The position numbers and the translations under genes were made by a program. Below, in pieces: positions 18,426-27,703 of a stretch of DNA of 64,000 nt. Every line of letters begins with the position of its first letter. Position 1 is the first letter of the stretch. The DNA is from Nostoc sp. (GTDB lineage Bacteria > Cyanobacteriota > Cyanobacteriia > Cyanobacteriales > Nostocaceae). The stretch lies in assembly GCF_036917675.1 (NCBI RefSeq), contig NZ_JBALCT010000051.1, forward strand, positions 17,675 to 81,674, in the 5' to 3' direction. The notes beneath the pieces are model-generated. The model made no database searches. It was not told where the DNA came from and saw nothing but the letters and a program-made list of their open reading frames with translations.

Positions 18426-18530
18426 CTACAAGATTAGCGATCGCATTTCCGCAATACAACTAAGAAGTGCAGGAACCTCTTCCCAGAAGCCTCCTTCCTC
18501 TACTGGATGAATGACTACTTTGATTTTCAT
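18426..18530 (-). pseudogene. hicB: Truncated HicB-like (UPF0150) antitoxin remnant, 34 codons
   Basis: MKIKVVIHPVEEGGFWEEVPALLSCIAEMRSLIL-stop. The N-terminus follows the HicB pattern M.Y.V.I.P.EEGGY.AEVPALPGC. A short in-frame tail ..LFRLSDELDKR-TGA overlaps its ATG as ATGA and may be a hicA 3-prime remnant. Confidence 0.45.
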
Positions 18531-18605
18531 CGCTTATCTAATTCATCACTGAGCCTAAATAAGCAACTAGAGCTGCTTGTCTACTTAATGCTAAAATCAA
18601 TAATG

Positions 18606-19499
18606 CTATTGTTCATTCATCCACTCTGAACAAGAGTCACAGAAACTAAAATTCCAGGAAAAACCTGTCATTACTCCCCCACATCTACCACACTCTGTTA
18701 GAGGGTTAACACTATTGCACTCTGAGTTGCTACATATACCCTCAAATTCCCCAAGAATAATCAGAGTTTCTTGATAGCAGTCTGGGCATATGGTAAATGG
18801 GAAGTCTATTCCTTTATTTGTTCTATATTCTTTTTCTATTTCTTTGATAATATCCTTACGTTTACGCTTAAATTTTTTCAGCCTAAACTGAATATCTTGA
18901 TTCCATTCTTGTCTTCTTGTTTGCTCAATTCGTTTCCATATTGAATCAATAGTATGTATCTTTTTCTGAAGTTCTAAACTTTCAGACGAAGCTTCAATAT
19001 TTATCTGAAGCTCATTAACAAGAAATCTATCAATTAACTCCAAAAACTTTGAAATATTCGTCCATAAACCATATCTATTGGTAGAAAACTTATAATGCTC
19101 AAACTGATTTCTAATATCCTGAACAGTCCTAATGACTTCAAGCTCATCCTTAGAAAATATCACTTTAGGGCCAATCTCAAGCCTTTCTAACGCCTCATCT
19201 AGGTCAATTGTGTTAGGAGTCTTGCCAGAAGATATTTTTTGTTTTACTTCATTGACTCGCCCTTTAAAGATAAGTTCTGGTAAATGACGCGAAAGACGTT
19301 CTTTGAGAAGCAACAGAAAGCCAGAGAACAGATGCAACACACCATATTTGTAGCTACTTATAGTTATATCTGTAGCGCTTGAATACTCTCTAAGCACATG
19401 CGCTTCATCAAAAAGTTCATCTATTCCCTTAAGTATGAAGTCAACTCCATTATCAAGCAAGTTCAGTTCAAGTATAGTCTCAGATTCTTCGTTACTCAT
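18606..19499 (-). CDS. Orphan protein: N-terminal helical domain with HEPN-like R-x4-H motif (IRNQFEH), a basic coiled-coil linker and a C-terminal multi-Cys zinc ribbon
   Basis: 297-aa ORF, visibly more AT-rich than its neighbours. Motif VQDIRNQFEHY. C-terminal Cys pairs CPDC..CSNSEC..CGRCGG..CDSC. Confidence 0.7.
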   Translation of the reverse strand: MSNEESETILELNLLDNGVDFILKGIDELFDEAHVLREYSSATDITISSYKYGVLHLFSGFLLLLKERLSRHLPELIFKGRVNEVKQKISSGKTPNTIDLDEALERLEIGPKVIFSKDELEVIRTVQDIRNQFEHYKFSTNRYGLWTNISKFLELIDRFLVNELQINIEASSESLELQKKIHTIDSIWKRIEQTRRQEWNQDIQFRLKKFKRKRKDIIKEIEKEYRTNKGIDFPFTICPDCYQETLIILGEFEGICSNSECNSVNPLTECGRCGGVMTGFSWNFSFCDSCSEWMNEQ

Positions 19500-19652
19500 G
19501 GAAAATATTGTTATCCCAATCTCGGCTTTTCACAAATAATCTCGAAATTACGCCCTCAGCACCAAAAAGCTGCTTTATCAAATGCCCGATACAATTTGGC
19601 TCAAGCACTATTTTTACACAACAGGAAAAGCTATGTTAAAAAGTTTAGAACT

Positions 19653-20228
19653 CTATATTAAAAAACAATGACGTAGCAACGCTTGCTTAAGTAAACCTTG
19701 ATATTCTTTATCCCCAAGCCGATAAGCACCAAATCTTTCCAAATTGGGATTCATCATTTGGCCATCAAAAAACACAAATTTCCTCTGGCGCAATCTTTCC
19801 ACTAACTTAACCATCGCCACCTTCGAGCCTTCAGGAATGCGATAAAACATCGACTCGCCAATGAAAGCCCCACCAATGACAATCCCCAAAATTCCCCCAG
19901 CTAGTTCGTCACCTTGCCAAGTTTCAAAACTATAAGCGTAACCCTTCTGATAAAGTAGCCAGTAAATCTCTTGTAATTCCGGTGAAATCCAAGTTGTCTC
20001 TCTATCAGCACACCCAGCCACCACAGCCTCAAAATCACGGTTAATCGCCACAGTAAACCGTTCTTGATTGAGAACACGCTGCAAAGACTTAGGGTAACGA
20101 AACCGTTCATCCAAAGGAATAAAAGTCCGATCGCGACTTCCGTACCAACTCAGGCGATCGCGCTCATCAGCCATGAGAAAATAGCCTTGTGCATAGCCTT
20201 CAACAATAGCAGCGATATCATATTGCAT
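19653..20228 (-). CDS. aat: Leucyl/phenylalanyl-tRNA--protein transferase
   Basis: [21 protein letters not shown]...[25 protein letters not shown]....TWISPE....Y..L...GYA.S.E.W....L.GG.LG...GG.F.GESMF. The ORF opens with GTG at 20249, but ATG at 20228 is preferred. Confidence 0.9.
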   Translation of the reverse strand: MQYDIAAIVEGYAQGYFLMADERDRLSWYGSRDRTFIPLDERFRYPKSLQRVLNQERFTVAINRDFEAVVAGCADRETTWISPELQEIYWLLYQKGYAYSFETWQGDELAGGILGIVIGGAFIGESMFYRIPEGSKVAMVKLVERLRQRKFVFFDGQMMNPNLERFGAYRLGDKEYQGLLKQALLRHCFLI

Positions 20229-20330
20229 AAATAAATATAAAAAAAACACTCTTAGAAACGCAATTTGATGCTAAAAGTCAACCTCAGCGTTCCTCTGCGT
20301 TTCCCTCCGCGTCCTTCTGGATTAAAAAAA

Positions 20331-20660
20331 ATGACTCAACCAATTCCACCCATCACTTTACCACCACCTGAAAATCCCCAACTCGAAGGTGAATGGTTAC
20401 GAGAGCGTTTACAACGTTGGCTAGATACCGAATTTATCCCCGAAGCAGTCAACCAAAATATTGCCCAACGAGCCGCACAGATTTTTGTGCGTCAACGGAT
20501 GGAAGGAGAAAACGACCTTGGTTCTCTGGTAATTGCCATTGTCACAGAGATGCAGTCGTATGATTTTTCTAATAGTTTCTATGGAGAGTTTGCGATCGCC
20601 AACGCCGTCAGCGATCTACTCTTAGAAAGTCTGGGAATTGATAAATGTTGTGGTCAATAA
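20331..20660 (+). CDS. Conserved hypothetical protein
   Basis: ORF 20265..20660. ATG at 20331 (MTQPIPPITLPPPENPQLEGEW) follows an A-rich leader. No motif recognised with certainty. Confidence 0.6.
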   Translation: MTQPIPPITLPPPENPQLEGEWLRERLQRWLDTEFIPEAVNQNIAQRAAQIFVRQRMEGENDLGSLVIAIVTEMQSYDFSNSFYGEFAIANAVSDLLLESLGIDKCCGQ

Positions 20661-20661
20661 T

Positions 20662-20724
20662 TTTGTCATTTGTCATTTGTCCTTTGTCGTTTGCAAATGA
20701 CTAATGACTAATGACCAATGACTA
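20662..20724. terminator. Inverted STRR heptamer arrays (TTTGTCA x4 facing ATGACTA x4) forming a long hairpin between convergent genes
   Basis: ttttgtcatttgtcatttgtcctttgtcgtttgcaaatgactaatgactaatgaccaatgacta lies between the stop codons at 20660 (+) and 20722 (-). Confidence 0.55.
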
Positions 20725-21024
20725 CCAACTAGATTTAACAACTCCAGGTAAAAGACCTTCATGCGCCCATTCTCGCAGCACATTCCGAGACAGTCCAAAA
20801 TCGCGGTAAACACCTCTAGGACGACCAGTTAACCAGCAACGGTTGCGATGGCGGGTGGGCGCACTATTTCGGGGTAGCTGTTGAATCTTCCGGTGGATTT
20901 CCAGTTTATCCAGAGGAGATGGTGCACTTCTGAACTCTTCCAGAAGCGCTTCTCGCTTATCAGCATACTTTTCTATCAACCTGCTGCGCTTTTTCTCGCG
21001 CTCAATCAAGCTCTTTTTTGCCAT
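20722..21024 (-). CDS. rpsN: 30S ribosomal protein S14
   Basis: [13 protein letters not shown]...[41 protein letters not shown]. Confidence 0.96.
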   Translation of the reverse strand: MAKKSLIEREKKRSRLIEKYADKREALLEEFRSAPSPLDKLEIHRKIQQLPRNSAPTRHRNRCWLTGRPRGVYRDFGLSRNVLREWAHEGLLPGVVKSSW

Positions 21025-21100
21025 ATACTCTGTAACTTATTTAAAGACACCATTCCCCATTCTACAGTCTCTTCATCAATTCTGGGGTTACTGGTGTCGC

Positions 21101-21841
21101 TTAACCTACAACCACTGGCTTATTAGCAGCAGGGCATAAATCGGCAAGCTCACAAGCAACACAGACGGGAGAGCGGGCTTTACAAATAGCACGACCGTGA
21201 TAAATCAACCGAATTGACCAATTTTCCCAATCAGGCTGCGGTAATAAACCCATTAAATCTTGCTCAATCCGAACCGGGTCTGTATGCTCAGTTAAACCCA
21301 AACGTTGGCACAGGCGCTTAACGTGAGTATCTACCGTCACTCCAACATTAATGCCATAGCCATGACCAAGAACTACATTTGCTGTCTTCCGCGCCACACC
21401 TGGAAGCTTTAACAACTGTTCCATTTGGTTAGGGACAACAGAGTTAAACTCAGTGACAATCATCCGACAGGCGGCTTGAATGTTCTTGGCTTTATTGTGA
21501 TAAAACCCAGTTGAACGCACCAAGCTTTCTAATTCTACCAAGTCAGCGATCGCTAAACTAGCAGCATCGGGAAACTTCTCAAATAAAGCTGGTGTCACCT
21601 TATTTACCCGCTCATCAGTACATTGAGCGGAGAGAATAGTTGCCACCAATAATTGTACTGGTGTTGAGTAGTTCAAAGAGCAAGTAGCATCTGGATAAAG
21701 ACGCTTCAGACGAGCTAAAATTTCTAGCGATCGCTTCTTTAAAGGTAAAAGTTTCTTTTCCCTACTCCCCACTGCCGTACAGACGCGATTAATCGCGTCT
21801 CTCTCACTCCCTATTTTCACTGAAACAATCTTTGTACCCAT
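21101..21841 (-). CDS. nth: Endonuclease III (HhH-GPD base-excision DNA glycosylase with a 4Fe-4S cluster)
   Basis: Motifs LLVATILSAQCTDERVN and LLKLPGVARKTANVVL, plus the C-terminal CX6CX2CX5C cluster. The first 24 codons include a palindromic dispersed repeat, so the true start may be GTG at 21772. Confidence 0.92.
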   Translation of the reverse strand: MGTKIVSVKIGSERDAINRVCTAVGSREKKLLPLKKRSLEILARLKRLYPDATCSLNYSTPVQLLVATILSAQCTDERVNKVTPALFEKFPDAASLAIADLVELESLVRSTGFYHNKAKNIQAACRMIVTEFNSVVPNQMEQLLKLPGVARKTANVVLGHGYGINVGVTVDTHVKRLCQRLGLTEHTDPVRIEQDLMGLLPQPDWENWSIRLIYHGRAICKARSPVCVACELADLCPAANKPVVVG

Positions 21842-22917
21842 TCCAATTCGCTAGTTAATTGGGTGGTTTCTTTAACTATCAGAAAAATTCCTAACCCTAA
21901 GAGTAACACCAAACCGGTTTGCATGACACCTTCTTGAATACGGGCAGGCACAGGCTTACCACGCAAACCTTCAATCAGCAGAAAAGCGAGTTGTCCGCCA
22001 TCCAAAGCTGGTAAAGGCAAAATGTTGATGATAGCCAAGTTAATGCTGATAATTGCGGCAAAAGACAACAGATTTGCACTATTATCAGCAGCTAATTTTG
22101 CACCGATTTTGACAATATTAACTGGCCCAGAAACTTGCCCAGCAGTTTGTTGAAAATTGGTAATCAACTGTCCAAAACCGCTAAGTGTGCCAACAAATAA
22201 TTGTTGAAATCTGTTAGCAGCAATGCCGAAAATTTCAAAAGGACTATTAGGACGGCGATAAACTGCTGTAGCATTTGGAGTGAGTGCCACACCAACTACA
22301 CCTTTGCCATCGGCTCCCCGTTTTGGTGTTAATTTCAGGGTTTGTTGTTGGTTTTCACGCTGAATTTTCACTTCGATTTGCTGATTGGGATGAGTTTGAA
22401 TTTCTTTTGTCAGCAAAGGAGTTGACTTATCAGAAGCGGGGAGTTCATGACCATTTACAGCCAGAATAATATCTCCTTCCCGAATTCCTGCTTGGTAGGC
22501 AACAGATTCTTGATTAACAGGCTGTACAAGGACACCAGCTTGATAGTTTAATTCCTTGGGAATGCCAACAATACCCAATTGCAGAGCCAGCACCAAATAG
22601 GCAAATATTAAATTTGCGATCACTCCGGCACTGATAACGATCGCCCGGTCTAAAATTGGACGATTACGCAGCAGATTTGGGTCATTGGGTGGAACATCGC
22701 TATCGGGATCATCATCGGGAAAGCCCACAAAGCCGCCCAAGGGAAAGGCGCGGACAGCATATTCGGTTTGTGAACCTTGGTACTTAAAAAGAACTGGGCC
22801 AAAACCCAAAGAAAAACGGTTAACCAGAATGCCTTGAGAACGGGCTGCAACAAAATGTCCCAACTCGTGTACCAAAATCAAAACAGCCAAGACTGCGATC
22901 GCTGCTAAAACTGACAT
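21817..22917 (-). CDS. rseP: RIP zinc metalloprotease RseP (site-2 protease with PDZ domain)
   Basis: HELGHF zinc motif at the N-terminus, a central PDZ-like segment, a C-terminal LP.LDGG motif and multiple TM segments. Confidence 0.92.
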   Translation of the reverse strand: MSVLAAIAVLAVLILVHELGHFVAARSQGILVNRFSLGFGPVLFKYQGSQTEYAVRAFPLGGFVGFPDDDPDSDVPPNDPNLLRNRPILDRAIVISAGVIANLIFAYLVLALQLGIVGIPKELNYQAGVLVQPVNQESVAYQAGIREGDIILAVNGHELPASDKSTPLLTKEIQTHPNQQIEVKIQRENQQQTLKLTPKRGADGKGVVGVALTPNATAVYRRPNSPFEIFGIAANRFQQLFVGTLSGFGQLITNFQQTAGQVSGPVNIVKIGAKLAADNSANLLSFAAIISINLAIINILPLPALDGGQLAFLLIEGLRGKPVPARIQEGVMQTGLVLLLGLGIFLIVKETTQLTSELEWVQRLFQ

Positions 22918-22962
22918 AGAGTAAATTAGTGAAGATATTAAGCTATAGTTATCTCCATTCTA

Positions 22963-22993
22963 ATTGGGCATTGGGCATTGGCCATTGGGCATT
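22963..22993. repeat. ATTGGGC heptamer array (4 units)
   Basis: attgggcattgggcattggccattgggcatt. Confidence 0.85.
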
Positions 22994-23002
22994 AGTAAAA
23001 GA

Positions 23003-23215
23003 ACGTCGTGTGCAACTTTTACTCAAACCTAACTCCCCAACCCCCTTCACTATAAGGAAAAGGTGAAAATTCAAAGCCTCTCTTCTTTCTCTCCTTTTAG
23101 GAGAGAGGTCAGAATATTAACGAGCGTGGATTAAATAAAATGCAAAACTTCATCCTGTCTCTAGCTTCCCTCTCCAATATATCGGAGAGGGATTGAGGGT
23201 GAGGTAAGCCAGGGA
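23003..23215. repeat. Dispersed repeat of the GTGCAACTTT..CTCAAACCTAAC..CCCAACCCC..AAAGCCTCTC family
   Basis: It shares its blocks with 2138..2272 and contains the hairpins GAGAGG/CCTCTC and CCCTCTCC/GGAGAGGG. Confidence 0.5.
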
Positions 23216-23238
23216 CATAAATTGTGACCAATGACAAA

Positions 23239-24519
23239 TTACAAAACTTCACGCCCCAAATAAGGTTGCAGCGCTTCTGGTATCCTCACCGTCCCATCAG
23301 GTTGTTGATAATTCTCCAAAATTGCTGCCATCGTCCTTCCCACCGCCAAACCCGAACCATTCAGAGTATGTACGAACTGGGTACCTTTTTTCCCCGCCTC
23401 CTTGAAGCGAATATCAGCACGTCGCGCCTGGAAATCTATAGTATTGGAACAGCTGGAAATTTCGCGGTATTTGCCAGAAGAGGGCAACCAAACCTCTAAA
23501 TCATAAGTTTTGGTAGAAGCAAATCCCAAATCTCCAGTACTTAAATTTACGACTCGGTAAGGCAACTGCAACGCCTGTAAAATTGCTTCTGCATTCCCCA
23601 CCAATTTCTCCAGTTCATCAAAAGACGTACTGGGTTCGACAAATTTCACCATTTCCACCTTGTTGAACTGATGCAGGCGAATTAATCCCCGCATATCGCG
23701 CCCATAGCTACCAGCTTCGCGGCGAAAACAGGGCGTAAAAGCACAGTGGTAGATAGGCAAATCTTCAGCAGCGAGAATTTCACCCCGGTAGAGATTTGTA
23801 ACTGGAACCTCAGCCGTAGGAATCAGCCACAAGTCGTCATCAGCGCATTTAAAGCTTTCTTCAGCAAACTTGGGTAACTGACCAGTCGCCGTCAAAGACT
23901 CGGTATTAACTAACAGAGGCGGACTAACTTCCACATACCCAGCTTGAGTATGGAGAGTCAGCATAAATTGAATTAATGCCCTTTCCAAAGCCGCGCCAGC
24001 ACCTATTAATGTCACAAAGCGACTTTGGGCAACTTTTACAGCTCGCTCAACATTCAGAATACCTAGCTTTTCGCCAATTTCCCAGTGAGGGAGAATATTC
24101 GGATTTTGGGGAATGTACTCATCACCCCAACGGCGCACTTCTACGTTATCTTCCTCATTCTTTCCAAGGGGTGTAGAGTCGCTTGGTAAGTTGGGAAGTG
24201 CCAACACAAGTTGGGCAATTTCAGCTTTGAGTTCTTTTTCCTGGGGTTCCAGTTGGCTCAACGTAGCTTTGACAGAGTTACCTTCATCGCGCAAAGCTTG
24301 AATTTCTGGGTCTTGAGGATTGCTCCCAGATTTAATCTTTTGCCCGACAATTTTACCGATTTCGTTGCTACGGGCTTGGAGTTGACTGCGTGTTCCCTCA
24401 ATTTCCCGTTGTTGCCGATCTAACTGTAATATCGGTTCAATGTCGTATTTACCACTACGACTATTCAATCGTTCTTGAACTAATTGCGGATTTTCCCGTA
24501 TTTGCTTGATATCCAGCAC
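23239..24519 (-). CDS. serS: Serine--tRNA ligase
   Basis: (M)[20 protein letters not shown], an N-terminal coiled coil, and class II motifs FRRE.GS.G.D..GL.R.HQF.KVE and [12 protein letters not shown] start. Confidence 0.96.
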   Translation of the reverse strand: MLDIKQIRENPQLVQERLNSRSGKYDIEPILQLDRQQREIEGTRSQLQARSNEIGKIVGQKIKSGSNPQDPEIQALRDEGNSVKATLSQLEPQEKELKAEIAQLVLALPNLPSDSTPLGKNEEDNVEVRRWGDEYIPQNPNILPHWEIGEKLGILNVERAVKVAQSRFVTLIGAGAALERALIQFMLTLHTQAGYVEVSPPLLVNTESLTATGQLPKFAEESFKCADDDLWLIPTAEVPVTNLYRGEILAAEDLPIYHCAFTPCFRREAGSYGRDMRGLIRLHQFNKVEMVKFVEPSTSFDELEKLVGNAEAILQALQLPYRVVNLSTGDLGFASTKTYDLEVWLPSSGKYREISSCSNTIDFQARRADIRFKEAGKKGTQFVHTLNGSGLAVGRTMAAILENYQQPDGTVRIPEALQPYLGREVL

Positions 24520-24771
24520 AGATTTTTCTCAGTTTTTAGCCTATTATCTACCTGCTAACACATCAGCATATACTGATTTTGGCTTGCCATGACTGGAAAA
24601 ACAAAGTTTATTGCAAAAATCAGTTTTAACCTATATCAAAATTTTACCCTAGCATCACTGCCAGGGCGACGAAAGCAGATAATGCATTTTAACCAATCAT
24701 CAACTGGTAAAGAAGTGGGCAAGAATAAATCAAACTATGTTAGGGATTTCCAACAAATAAATTATCCAATC

Positions 24772-24830
24772 TTGTGGGGTGGGCATCTTGCCCGCCCATA
24801 GACAAAGGCGGGCAAGATCCCACCCCACAA
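24772..24830. repeat. Long perfect-stem hairpin repeat (TTGTGGGGTGGGCATCTTGCCCGCC / GGCGGGCAAGATCCCACCCCACAA)
   Basis: A ~24-bp inverted repeat downstream of the minus-strand gene that ends at 24913. A half-copy (TTGCCCACCCCACAAG) lies at ~52200..52218. Confidence 0.6.
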
Positions 24831-24912
24831 TAAGTAGTTGAGTATTTTTTATTTGTCAGTCCCTTACGCAATATAAATTTAACTATTTACTCTCCCCGAC
24901 TCTGCGCTTATA

Positions 24913-25491
24913 TTAAGGTTTGTTGATACGATTAAGTAGCCAAAGCGATGCCACAAGCCCTGCAAAGTGCGCTGAGACAGTGTTGGTGTTTGCCTGTACC
25001 ACAAGCATATCTAGACCGCTAATAATCCGGGTAGGGTCAAAAAGTTGGGTAGTTATAGCTTGAGGAGATATGGATCTTGCTACCAGTGTACCAACGATCG
25101 CTTGCGCCCCCAAAAGAGTCACCAGCGTTCCTCCTAAATTCACCCACAGCCCTAAGCGTAATACTTGCACAGTCTCGCTTTTGCGAGGGCGGTTGCTGGG
25201 ATTGGAGGATTCCAATTGCTTGCCAATTCTAGTGTAACGGTAAGCTAAATAAATGCCCCCACCCAAAACAACCAGTCCACAAATTGCTAAAAATACACCA
25301 AAGCCAGTCCCAGGATTATTACTAGGACTGCCAGTTCTTTGATTAAAGACGGCGAACAGCAGCACAATTATGCTAGAAACAACGCCTAGTACTAGCTGAA
25401 TCCAGAAGCTAATCCAACCTGTAAGACGAAAAGTTTGGGCAATTGCCCGGAGAGTTGAGGAAGATGATGGGGTATCGGGAGTTTGTGACAT
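24913..25491 (-). CDS. Conserved 4-TM membrane protein (DUF3611-like)
   Basis: MSQTPDTPSSSSTLRAIAQTFRLTGWISFWIQLVLGVVSSIIVLLFAVF, with four hydrophobic spans. ATG at 25491 is preferred over the ORF start at 25536. The family name is from memory only. Confidence 0.65.
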   Translation of the reverse strand: MSQTPDTPSSSSTLRAIAQTFRLTGWISFWIQLVLGVVSSIIVLLFAVFNQRTGSPSNNPGTGFGVFLAICGLVVLGGGIYLAYRYTRIGKQLESSNPSNRPRKSETVQVLRLGLWVNLGGTLVTLLGAQAIVGTLVARSISPQAITTQLFDPTRIISGLDMLVVQANTNTVSAHFAGLVASLWLLNRINKP

Positions 25492-26116
25492 ACTGTGAAC
25501 CAATTTGCTGGGCGCTTTCAAAGGACACAAAAACACAGAGAGAAGTTCTGTTCGGTGTCAGCCGAACAGAACTTCGGGGGACACGGAAAGCGTTGTTGAG
25601 ATGTATCGCACTTTGCGTCTCTCCCTTTCCTAGTCTTTGCGTCTTCTTTGATAAATTTACTATCACACTTGCCAAATAAGACAAGAGATTCTCTGGTTGA
25701 GGAAATCAGAAATGCTTACTGCTGAGGTGTGTCCATAGGCGTAGCAGCTTTAACCCAGACATATTCTTTAGCCTAAGCTTTTAGAATCTGCATTGAGAAA
25801 ATTACTGTAAAACAAAGTGTTTATTAACTTTTGCAGACAAAATAGCATTTTACCTGTAAAATTTCTTCGATGGCATTTTATTGCTTAAGCAGTTCTAACC
25901 AGATCGGCATCACTTAACACCAAGGTAGTGACTTCGCCACCGTCTGTTCGCTTCTCACCACACCGTATCGAGCTTGGATAGGGGTAGACTATTTTGTGCC
26001 CCTAAAACTCGCAAACTCGTCCCACAACTTCACAGACGTGGGTAATTATTTGGTGTTTACGCTTTGGCAATTTAGTCTAAGTAGCTTTATATATATTACT
26101 GATTGAGCAGTACCAC

Positions 26117-26144
26117 TGTATACTGACTACAAGGATTGTATACT
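26117..26144 (+). promoter_or_regulatory. Two TGTATACT boxes (palindromic GTATAC cores) exactly 20 nt apart, 35-60 nt upstream of the padR-like gene
   Basis: ccacTGTATACTgactacaaggatTGTATACTtaccc. Candidate autoregulatory operator. Confidence 0.35.
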
Positions 26145-26178
26145 TACCCTAAGGCATTTTTTTAGCCATTCACTAACC

Positions 26179-26526
26179 ATGAAACTTGAGGATATATATC
26201 AATTCTTTGAGAATCCTCCGCCAACTTACCTTTGTCAGGAAGTAGCAGTTTGTTACATACTGTCTGTTTTGTTACAAAATGAATCCTACGGAACCGAGTT
26301 GATTGAGCAATTAGAAACTGAATATTCCACCTATAGGCTTTCGGATACCGTACTTTATAGTGCAATCAAATTTCTGGAAGACCAAAGGGCAATCAGTGGA
26401 TATTGGAAGAAACTCGAAGGACGGGGACGCCCCAGGCGGATGTACCAAGTTTCTCCAGAATGGCAAGTTCAAGCGCAGGATTTAGCTTTGCTTTGGCAAG
26501 ACTACATCAACGGGAGGACAAAGTAA
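26179..26526 (+). CDS. PadR-family winged-helix transcriptional regulator
   Basis: CYILSVLLQNESYGTELIEQLE......LSDTVLYSAIKFLEDQRAISGYWKKLEGRGRPRRMYQVS matches the PadR pattern. Confidence 0.85.
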   Translation: MKLEDIYQFFENPPPTYLCQEVAVCYILSVLLQNESYGTELIEQLETEYSTYRLSDTVLYSAIKFLEDQRAISGYWKKLEGRGRPRRMYQVSPEWQVQAQDLALLWQDYINGRTK

Positions 26527-26530
26527 TACC

Positions 26531-26579
26531 ATTTTGGATTTTGGATTTTAGATTTTGGATTTTAGATTTTAGATTGTGG
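26531..26579. repeat. ATTTTGG/ATTTTAG heptamer array (7 units)
   Basis: attttggattttggattttagattttggattttagattttagattgtgg, immediately after the padR stop. Confidence 0.9.
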
Positions 26580-26724
26580 AAGAGTCCCTGGTAATCGCAG
26601 TGGCGCTCCATTTGTCGCAATCATTGTTCAAATTGGTATAACGAATAGCAGGAATCGCGTGACTTATAGTCATGGGAGGTTCAAAATGAATAAGTCTCCT
26701 CCAGTCAAACACTAACAATTAGTT

Positions 26725-27255
26725 ATGGATACTGCTATTCTGCCATCTACGTTCCTGCTAACCTTGTTGTTATCGGTTGGGCTGTTTTTCTTTATACGTG
26801 CCTCGACTAAAGACCGTACAGAAACAGCACAACTGATATCTGAGCAAGGTGAAGCTGCTTTAATGTCTCAATTAAAAGAGTATTTTAGATCGCGGTCTTA
26901 CCGAGTGGTAGCGGTAGATCGAGAAAAAAACCAGGTGACTTTTGAAGGTAATGTTCGCCCCAGCTGGTTCTTAGCTATATTTCTAACTCTACTAGCAGCT
27001 ACTGGTATTGTTTGTCTATCATTAGTAGTGTCCATGCTTTTCCCTAGCCTCAGTACCCTTGTTCTGGCTATGGTACTGCTGTCGCCTTTAAGCGGTCTGT
27101 TTTATTGGCAGAAATCTGGAAGACTTGAGAAGGTGTCGCTCAAAGTCGAAACAACTCAGAGCGAACAAACCTCCTCAAGTAAGATCACTGTAGTTGCCCA
27201 TCGAGATGAACTCAGTGAGTTACAGAGGACTCTACAGCTAAAGCCTGGTGAATAA
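26725..27255 (+). CDS. Conserved cyanobacterial membrane protein (possibly CCB1/DUF3529-like)
   Basis: N-terminal TM with FFFIRASTKDRTE and further TM segments. The family assignment is from memory and tentative. Confidence 0.6.
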   Translation: MDTAILPSTFLLTLLLSVGLFFFIRASTKDRTETAQLISEQGEAALMSQLKEYFRSRSYRVVAVDREKNQVTFEGNVRPSWFLAIFLTLLAATGIVCLSLVVSMLFPSLSTLVLAMVLLSPLSGLFYWQKSGRLEKVSLKVETTQSEQTSSSKITVVAHRDELSELQRTLQLKPGE

Positions 27256-27703
27256 TTTTTGATTTTTGTGACCATCTTTTAACTATGATATGCAGACTTC
27301 TGACCTGACCTACTCTTTAGGCAATGGAAAGTAGGAAGGAGGAAATCAATAATGCTGCTTTGTCAATTTTCCCCACAACTTGTGCCGTGGGGAAAAATTT
27401 AAATTTATTAACTTAAATTTGTTGACAGAGCTTGCTTAACAAGCTACGGCATAAGAGTGCAATTTCACTAGCGCTTTTGGACGCGCTTGGCTCTATACCT
27501 ACTCCCTTCTGCATATCAAAATAGCATCAACCCATTCAATCTAGCGTGGTTTGAGAGAAGTTTACTTTCCAACTACCTGGACTAGATTTACTGGCAAATC
27601 AGCTCCAAACTAAAAAAAAATTAAATTTTGCATAAACTTAGCAATTTTGCCAGTTAATGGTAGTCAGGAGCTACATTCAATGCGTAAGATGACCATCTCT
27701 GGT

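Noticed and set aside
24589-24801. 70-aa plus-strand ORF between serS and the DUF3611-like gene
   Set aside because: Its C-terminus is encoded by the long hairpin repeat (..WGGHLARP), the sequence is low-complexity, and there is no start context.
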